A program made the translations under genes and the position numbers. A DNA stretch of 60,637 nucleotides, filler included, from Diploschistes diacapsis (lineage: Eukaryota): the NCBI GenBank assembly GCA_023645945.1. It is 6 parts of 6 records of this genome, joined end to end, with 100 filler letters (N's around TTAATTAATTAA, not from the genome) between each part and the next. Parts side by side here need not be neighbours in the genome. Positions count along the whole stretch, not along the records: positions 48,030 to 54,286 come from JALAIB010001420.1; positions 54,387 to 60,637 come from JALAIB010001421.1; 4 more parts are not named here. One strand, written 5' to 3'. Positions 52,579 through 60,637 of the stretch are shown here, piece after piece (the first letter of the stretch is position 1; the number at the start of each line of letters is the position of its first letter). The notes beneath the pieces are model-generated. The model made no database searches. It was not told the origin of the DNA and saw nothing but the letters and a program-made list of their open reading frames with translations.

Positions 52579-54008
52579 CTAGGGTAGCCGGTGTTGATGG
52601 TACTAACAATAATTACGAACGATACACTATGACGATATCACAGATCAACATGATACGGACTAGATGGGTGGGACGGATGGATCAGGTCGGTGCACCGGAC
52701 TCAGGAATTGCCGAGAAGGTTAGACAGGTTATAGGCGTCTGGACGAACGATGACTCTTTCTCATTATGGTTGAAGAGGTACACAAGACCGCGAGAGACTT
52801 ATTGGGTCCTAGTACAGTGGCGGATGAGGCATCTACCGCTTGCCCGCTCAGTCTTGTACGGTCTGGAGTCGTGGATGGGAACGGGCATGGCAGCGACAAT
52901 GGCGTCGTCGGTGGAGTGGATGCGGATGCGGATGCATATATCCATCTTGCATGCCGGAAGCGGGAGACATCCAGACATCCAGGCAGGTTAGAAACATGCG
53001 TGCGTGAGTGCGTGAAGCACTCGCACGCTTACTCCTTAGTATCTAGACCAGGTCCCGCAAGATGCATTTTCGGCTATTTAAGTACGGTAATAAAAAGGGG
53101 TGCGTGCTTTGCAATAACTTGAGTACTCTGACGATCGGATCGCTCTGCCAGAGTAAAAGTAGATTTTATTTTTATTTACCCAGCTAACTAGCCGTTTCGG
53201 GACAAAGTAAGTTGAGGATTCCGCTGGCCATCTCGGAGCTGGTAACTGGCAGCTGGCAGTTTTTTTTTAGGGCTCTTTGCATGCGAGAATGGGGGGGTTG
53301 TGTTGCTGCTTGGCCTCGAGCATCAACCTAGTGGAAGTGGATGGAGGAAAGTAGGGTGAGTGAGTGAGCTGATTGAGTTGATTGAGTACCCATCAGATGT
53401 CCCGTTGCTATACAGGAGTAGCAAGTAAAGACGGCCTCTTTTTTTCCTTTCAAGCGCACTGCATGCAGGTGCCAATTAGCATGGACGATGGATGCAAGTT
53501 ACTTTCGTTAGAACTTGTTTGTATCTGTTCTTATAGTTGTTGTTGTTTGTATGTAGTAGGGTAATGGTAGCAGGGGAAAGGTGATAAAGAGAAGTAAAAG
53601 TGGGTATCTATTTATTTGAATCGGAAGAAGTTGTAAAGTTAAGTCAAGCTGCGATGGAGTATTAGTAGACTACTATACGGATAGGGTATTAGCACTGTAG
53701 CCAGCTGCCCCGTCCGCCACGGACAGTGAGTGGTGCATGCTTTTTTTTTACTCCCTGCTCTGTGCTCTTTGCGATGGGCTGTGAGCTGTGAGCTCCTAGA
53801 CATGAGCAGTGAGGCCAGCGGCGCTGCTCTGCTCCAGTCTTCAAGTCCTCTTTGTGTCCGGCTCTGTGTAGATAGCAGGTAGACGGCTGGAGGCTGGTCA
53901 AACCCAGGCTTCGTATGTGCCATGATCCCGATTCTGTGTGGAGTGCCACTCCAGCCTCCTTATGCTCCGGTGTGCGCAATCTCTCCTTCCCATTTCCCAC
54001 CTTATCGC

Positions 54009-54286
54009 CTAGTCAGAATCCTCGTGGATTGTGACGCCTGTCTCATTTGGATTGCCGCTTCCGCTTTTTCCGATAGTGCCTTCCCCATCCTTCCCATTCA
54101 CCGCATTATCCCCGTTCTCGCTCCCGTCCTCGCTGGTCTGGCCCGGCAGCATAACAGCCCTCAGCGGCGTCCCCTTTACCAACTTCGCGCCCCTCCCTTT
54201 CAGCACGCCATTCCCCTTCTTCTCCTTCTCCTTCTTCCCCAACTTCCCCTCGCTTGTCCCATCAAGCCCCATCTCTACATCCCCTC
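54009..54286 (-). CDS. 3' end of an unidentified gene truncated by the contig edge (K/G/E-rich tail)
   Basis: Frame is open from the gap to a TAG and ends ...VTIHEDSD; composition is coding-like and no domain is recognised. Confidence 0.5.
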
Positions 54287-54386
54287 NNNNNNNNNNNNNN
54301 NNNNNNNNNNNNNNNNNNNNNNNNNNNNNNTTAATTAATTAANNNNNNNNNNNNNNNNNNNNNNNNNNNNNNNNNNNNNNNNNNNN
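54287..54386. other. Artificial contig linker
   Basis: Same N44-TTAATTAATTAA-N44 block. Confidence 0.99.
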
Positions 54387-54439
54387 GGGGAAAAAAGGTC
54401 CCCCGGGTGCGTGAACTACTTTACTAAACTTTACTGCAG

Positions 54440-54796
54440 GAACCCGGTAACCTCATTCGCTGCGCTGACCCGGTGCCCCCACTCTACCAGGACGTTCCGC
54501 CCGAGGTCGCCAAGATCGCAGCACGCTCCTGCCTGAACCCGAGCCTGACGCTCCTTCAGGAGTGCCATCCCGTCGGCCAGCTGGGGACTCGGAGGCCTTC
54601 GAGGGTCGCGTTGCCTACGTAACGGACCAAGAACGACAACGCCGTGCCGTACGCGGTGCAGGACATGATGATCGGAGGCTCCGGCCGGAAGTGGATCGTC
54701 AAGGACATTGAGACGGGTCACAGTCCGCAACTTGCGAAGCCGGAGGAGCTGTTGAAGATCTTGGTGGAGCTGGTGGAACATTTTCAGGGCATGTGA
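54440..54796 (+). pseudogene. Last exon of an alpha/beta-hydrolase (Abhydrolase_6, methylesterase-like) with three apparent +1 frameshifts
   Basis: After a CTAAAC..CAG acceptor the frames read PLYQDVPPEVA / SFRSAIPSASW / EAFEGRVAYV / TKNDNAVPYAVQDMM..WIVKDIETGHSPQLAKPEEL*. The catalytic Asp and His (GHSP) motifs are visible. May be a pseudogene or sequencing error. Confidence 0.72.
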
Positions 54797-55090
54797 TCCG
54801 TATGGGGGAAAGTGGGGATGGCGCGATGGTTGAAAGCATCAAGAGCTTCGTAATGAGTTCGAATCGAGCCATGCTAATTTTAGTTGATGATGACGTTTTG
54901 AAACTGGGAGTTCCGTGATTCTGGATTGTAGACCGGTGCCCAGAGAGACCACGTCATGCGGCTTCCTCTGCGCAGAGAACAATCCAGTACACATTTGGTC
55001 AAAAATTAAAAAAAAGGAATAGGATAGGCAGATGACTCGTGCTATATTCTACACCTATTACGGGCGGTCCCATATTCCCCTCACCACGTT

Positions 55091-58000
55091 CTAGGCATTT
55101 AGCAGTGCCTGCCGTTCCTCCGCCCTCGCAAGCGCCTGGCCGGCACCCACCGTTGTCCACCACTCAACAAGCGGCCCACCTTTAGCTACTGCCTCGTCGG
55201 CCAGCAGCTCCACGACGTCGTCGTAGCCGCTCTCGTCCGCGAGGTCGATGGCGCAGAAGCCCCATGACCCGTAGCCGCCGTTGGCATCCACATCGGCGCC
55301 CTCGGCCAGCAGCAGCTTCACAATGTTCGTGTAGCCCCTGGACGCGGCGCACATGAGCGCCGTCCGCCCGAAGTCGTCGCTGGTGGCATCGATGTCGAAG
55401 ACGGGGGGCGCAGGGGCGGTGGTATTGTCGCTGTCGCTGTCGTACGCCATTGTACCCGTGGAGAAGTCGAGCAGTGTCCGCAGCACTTCGTAGTGTCCGT
55501 GCCAGGCCGCAAGGTGCAGGGCCAAGGCACGGCAAGGCTCGCCCTGGGTGCGGTTTGGGTTCGTGCCTTTGGTCCGGGCGAGCAGGTTGGCTCCGTTCTC
55601 GAGCAAGAAGCGTACGGCCCCCGTGTGGCCTGCAGCCACCGCTTTGTGAAGGGGCGTCCAGGCTTTGGACTCCCTGGCTTCAATGTCTGCGCCGAGATAC
55701 AATAAGGTTGCGCACATCTCTACATTCCCAGAGGATGCTGCCTTGTGTAAGAACGTTTGTCCGCCTTGGCCGTGGCCATTGACGTGCACGAGTTTCTGTT
55801 GCAGCCCTTGTATAGCGGTATCGTCGTTGTTGGCAACGGCCCTCGCCAGTTGTACTGTGGCGGGCCAATCGATCTTTTCAAAGCTCGGTTCAAGAGCTTC
55901 CTTGTTCATCAAGGCTTCAACGATGAAACCATCTCCATTTGCCGCTGCCATGGAGATTGGCAATTCACCCCTAGCCGTGTGCGCCCCACAGTCGACACCT
56001 CGCTCAATTAGCATGAGAACATAATCAAGATGACGAGACGCTGCTGCGACGTGAATGGGCCTGATCCCAGAGTTTGAGGACACTTGGATATCAGCACCAT
56101 GAGCTAGCAAGGTCTTGACTATATCCATGGTAGTATTGCTTCGTAGTGCAACATGCAAAGCAGTGTTTCCTTCGGCGTCTCGAGAATCAATGTTTTCGCC
56201 ATTCTGAAGCAGTAATTCAACGACTAGACTATATTTTGCAGCTGACTTGTTCGTCAACTCCTTGTTCGCGCTACCGGCTTTTCCGACAGGCCGATGCGAG
56301 CCTGAAGTCGCACTCAGCAGGGAATTTGCATGGCTTGCAGCGAATACGAGCAGAGATGGTACATCCCCAGGACTGTTTGGAAGAGCGCCAGCATCATACA
56401 TCTTTTGAATGGCTCTCAAATCCCCCTTTTCGACTGCTTTCAAAAGCGGCCCACGCAGGATTGTTGGCATGCCGACAGTTGCCCCAAGCTCCATCAGAGC
56501 GTAGGCCATTTCCCAGTGACCTTCGGAAAAGGCAATCGACAGCGGCGAATGGCCATAAGGGTCTAGTGCATTGATATCGATGGATTTCCTCTGCATAAAC
56601 AGGCTCAACATGTCTGTTGAACTGGTTTGGCGTTTCCTGCAACTCGCTGCTAGATGGATGGCCTGCCTTCCTTTTGCGTCCTGCTGAGCCGGATCTGCCC
56701 CGAGTTCAAGTAAGCGACCCGCAATAACGACGTCGTCATCTAACGTAGCGAGATGTAAAGCGGTAGTCCCATGTTTATCACCAGCATTCACGTTTGCCCC
56801 GTCTATACCGAGAGTGTCTAAAGCCCACAGGCGGAAATCAACACTGCAATGTTTTGGCAGAGGGTGCAGTCCCCATGCTTTGCGATCCCACAGCATATGC
56901 CACGCTGGCCGTCCATCCCTATCCAGGATAGTTTGAACCCCTTGGCACTTGATTAATAATTCCACAATCTCCCTATGTCCCAATGCCACAGCATAATGCA
57001 ATGCAGTCTGTCCCTTCCAGTCCACGCTCTTTGGATCTAGCCCTTGAGCCAGTAACAGGCGCATAACTGCCGCACCACCAGAAGCAGCGGCCGTGTGCAA
57101 AAATGTCCGTTCTCTATCATAAACTACTGAGATATCCAGGTTCGAGCATATTACGGCTTGGACGACCGAGTCTTTCTCCGCCAATATAGCTAGATGAAGG
57201 ATTCGATGTTCGAGCGAAGGTAGGTCTGAAAGATCCCCATACGAGAAAGGACCCAAATTCTTTGCGGGCCGCTCTTTGGAGCTCAACGCCCAGGGAAGCT
57301 TCTCCAAGGGTACAGACTTTTCATGTTTCCATTTGCGTGATAAAGCGTTCAGAGCCTGCTTGAGACTTGCAGCACTGCCCAAACTGGCAGCAGTCTCCAA
57401 AATGATCTCATCTTCTCTCGGAGCTGAAAACTTGGATTCAGACTCGACCAGCAATTGCAAGACTTCGCGGTTCTTGCTCTGGGCTGCAAGATCAACTGGA
57501 GTCACGCCGTGGTTGTTGGGTATGTCTACGGGTACGCCGGCTTTTAGTAACCGCTTGATAATGCCAGTGTCCTGAGCAGATACTGCATAGTGAAGGGGTG
57601 TCCAACCATTGGAGTCTTGAATATCAAGGCGCACATTCCTGAAAAGCAGTGTTTTAACTACTTGTTCTTGTTTGCGTATCACGGCCCAGAACAGCGGAGT
57701 CCACGGCATGTGGTCGAAACTTTCTATATCTGCTCCAGCCCACAGTAGCTCCCTAACGGTGGATTCGTGCCCTCTAGCAGCAGCCCAATGCAAAGGTGAG
57801 CAACCATACGAGTCCTGTAGAGAAGGATTGTCCACTTCTTTGGAAAGCAGGTGCAGAGTGCGGTCCAGACCCCAGTAGGCAATGGTATGTAGAGCGCTCC
57901 AGACACGAGGTGCAGATTTGAAAGCTACTTCCGGTGTAGCGTGACTACTGCGACGGCGGTAGTGGAGTAACTGAGCAGCATTGTTGACGCAATCCCGGTC

Positions 58001-60280
58001 ATTCAAAAGACCCAAAAGATCTTCTTGGAGTATGGATTCAAGCTTCACAGCATGCAGCCCCCAATTGAAGGCAGCGTAGTCCAGAAAAGGGAACTGAAAC
58101 TTCCGTGATTCAAGTTCATGGTGCGAGCCTGAGGGAGCTCCTTGAAACTCCTGATATCGAAGATACGTGATACACGCTCGAGCGATCTTTTCACGTTCGT
58201 CACTGATAAGTCCACGATAGCTCTCCGACAAAAACTCTTCCACAGTCAAATGCGCTAGCCGGATGATTGCCTCTTCGTGATGACCAACCACAAGACCCAT
58301 GCAACAATCAATCAGGATCTTAGCCGAGCAAAGGTTATCTTCGTCCAGTTCGTCCGTATTAGGCTCAACTGCAAGACCGTGCCGTAGCGCCTGCACAGTC
58401 AATGGCTCTGTGGATAACACGAGCCACGCTAGGACACGAAAAGCGAGTTTCACCCTGTATGGGCTTTGTTGCTTGATTCGCGTGAAGGTGGACGTATATG
58501 CTTCTGTCAAATTTGTAGGCGATTGCTCCAGAGCGCTTTTGATGTGCTTGACTGTTATAGCACTTTGCAGATTGTTGACGAGCAGAGCTGCTAGAAGAAA
58601 CCTGTCCTTAAGTATCAGAAAATGCACTGCAAGACAAGAAGGAGACCACTTGCACTCCGTTTGCGCGGCTTACGATAGTGGATACTATGCTTTGCTGTAG
58701 TCCATCGGAGGCAAGAGAGCATAGATCCTCGCTAGCCGATAGTTTTCCACGGATAAAAGAACAGAGGTCGGTTTCCGTGGCTATGATCTGGAGTTTCAGG
58801 CAAGTCAAAGAACGATTAAGATTGACGAAAGGTCGACTGGTTACAAGTAGCGCAAATGTGGCAGCAAGCTCTCTAAGAACAGGTATCAGCCGCTCTCTAT
58901 CCTTGCACTCATCTAGAGCATCAACCAGAATGGCTTTTTTGACGCAGGTACTTGGAGGTGCCGCCTTCAAAACCGTCATCAGTTCTCGCATGTTCGGCTC
59001 TCGTCTGTTCGTCTTGAATCGGTCGTAGAACTCACTCATCTCGGTCAAGAATTGCTCGTCGGCTTCTAGCCTTTGCCTGAGGAGATTTCGAAGGATGTTC
59101 TCTATCGATTGTTTGCCCTCGTCTTCCTGGAAGTCGCAGTAATGGTACAAGATGCAGGCCCCATCCTCAGAGGCATCCACAACTAGCTCTTGGACGATTA
59201 AAGACCTGCAGCACACCTCAGTGGTGCTAAGAATACACAAAACTGCAGCCCACCCACATCATGACCGTCTTACCCGCGCCAGCTGTATATTCCTCATTAG
59301 TAATGCTCGCTGAAGAAGTAGAAGAATTGCACTTGGAGACCATGCTGAAGGCCCAATGTTTGGGCCATTTTCGCAGATATACTTCAAAAAGCACATTCCG
59401 TGTAAGCATCAATAAGTCTATCTTCTGACGAACCCTGGCACAGGCATCGTCTCTGGACCGTGAGTGGGAATTTCACCATAAACAAGGTTCACAGAAGCCA
59501 TCGACGTGTCGAAGGACTGGCTTGTGCATCTGATATAGGAGAACGATGAACATAAAGTCGGAATCCCAGTCTGCCGATTATGGCAGGTAACTTGAAACAC
59601 GGCTCTTCGAGGGCAGCGGCTGGGAAGTGAACGAGAAACATACGGTTACCAAAGCACCAAAGCACATCCTGCTCTCCTTTCAACCAGCTGCAGTACTGCG
59701 GCGTTTCCAACACCCACCGAGCAGTTCCCGCACAATAGGACCCGAATATATCCGCCTGCTTTTCCTTATACGAATCTGTCGAGAGCCACGCCAGAATCTC
59801 TTTCCGTCGGTCATTTACCTTCATCGAGCGAACTTCATGTAGTACCTTTGAGGACACCGCCAGCGTGTCCGCACTCATCATGAGCTCCAGCAGACCACAG
59901 TACCTCCGCAGCATCTCAGCCTGCTTCCGGGTCTCGGTCTCTTCGAACGGCCAGAGCAAGGATTTGATCTTCGTCCGTAGCCCGGATCCTGTGTATTTTC
60001 CGAGTTTGGCCCTGAGCTTGGTCATGTCGTCCATGCATTGTAGCAGCGGGCCCACCTGCGATGGCGCATCGTCAAGAGCCTTCTGGACCTCTGATTTCGC
60101 CGTAACTTCCTGCAGACGTAGCACCGCGGACGTGAGCGCAGACAGCTCTCTCAGATAGTCCGACACGGCTTTTGATGCGTGTCTGACCTCCGATGCATAC
60201 TCGAAGCTGATCCGGCTTACTTCTATCGCCACGCTCACCAGGCCCGCTACTGCGGACGCCAGCCCAAGCACATCGGCCAT
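55091..60280 (-). CDS. Fungal NLR-like STAND protein: HeLo-like N-terminus, NACHT, winged helix, many ankyrin repeats; 3 introns
   Basis: MADVLGLASAVAGLVSVA..., ILAWLS, GTARWVLETPQYCSW, Walker A GNPGAGKT (spliced), Walker B ILVDALDE, LLVTSR, LDYAAFNWGLH, then repeated G.TPLH.A motifs. Introns at 59283-59643, 59206-59257 and 58602-58653. Confidence 0.93.
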
Positions 60281-60469
60281 TGCGACGGGGGAAAACGAAT
60301 GAAGACTGAGCTGACATTCGTATAAAGCGAGGTGGAACTTATTGCAACTATATACTGCAATGTGCCACAAGCCTCATCCTACAGGCCTCGAATCGAGGTA
60401 CATTGACTATGCTTAGCGCTTTTCTTTTTTGTAGCTAGTGCGGCCGGTTCTGGGGTATGTGCTATTCTG

Positions 60470-60637
60470 CCTACTGTAAAATTGTATAACATATTTAATA
60501 GCGCCTTAGTGATGCATTCTATTTAACTCGTTATGGTTCTGTTAGGTATTTAGATCTCTATATAATTTATATATAAATGTATATCATTTATAGAAATACG
60601 TAGAACTATATAGAATTAAATATAAAAAGAGTACAAT
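60470..60637. other. AT-rich, TpA-rich contig end, probably the edge of a RIP-degraded repeat
   Basis: Abrupt compositional shift (TATATAATTTATATATAAATG, TATATAGAATTAAATATAAA). The RIP origin is inferred. Confidence 0.55.

Noticed and set aside
54819..54865. tRNA-like A box (TGGCGCGATGG) and B box (GTTCGAATC)
   Set aside because: The spacing is too short for a tRNA, and no T-stem, acceptor stem or cloverleaf forms.
48732..60280. PARP-E2 and NLR as a linked defence locus
   Set aside because: They lie on different contigs separated by an artificial linker, and contig order follows length.
1..60637. CRISPR arrays, rRNA, tRNA, telomeric arrays or prokaryotic operons
   Set aside because: None seen; the sequence is intron-containing fungal DNA throughout.

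Overview
Filamentous ascomycete (Pezizomycotina-type) genomic DNA with short spliceosomal introns. The window is not one locus: six contigs (6268, 6266, 6261, 28834, 6257 and 6251 bp) are joined by artificial 100-bp N44-TTAATTAATTAA-N44 linkers, so adjacency across linkers means nothing. Contig 1 is a RIP-damaged Ty3/Gypsy chromovirus LTR retrotransposon whose primer-binding site looks self-priming. Contig 2 carries adenine deaminase beside about 4 kb of unexplained, probably decayed sequence. Contig 3 carries VAC8 and an RfeF-like vWA protein with Q/G/Y/P-rich tails and apparently two alternative N-termini. Contig 4 is a housekeeping block: PP2A-A/TPD3, PheRS beta, a 4-exon orphan, RPS3, myotubularin YMR1, a C2H2 protein, a GNAT, CLU1 and an ASG1-like Zn2Cys6 factor. 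Contig 5 encodes a PARP catalytic domain fused to a UBE2Q-like E2. Contig 6 encodes an NLR-like HeLo-like/NACHT/ankyrin protein and a frameshifted alpha/beta-hydrolase fragment. The strongest leads are the PARP-E2 fusion, the self-priming PBS, the NLR with its Walker A motif on a 25-nt microexon, the alternative first exons of the vWA gene, and four GC-AG introns. All gene models were read by eye and no searches were run.
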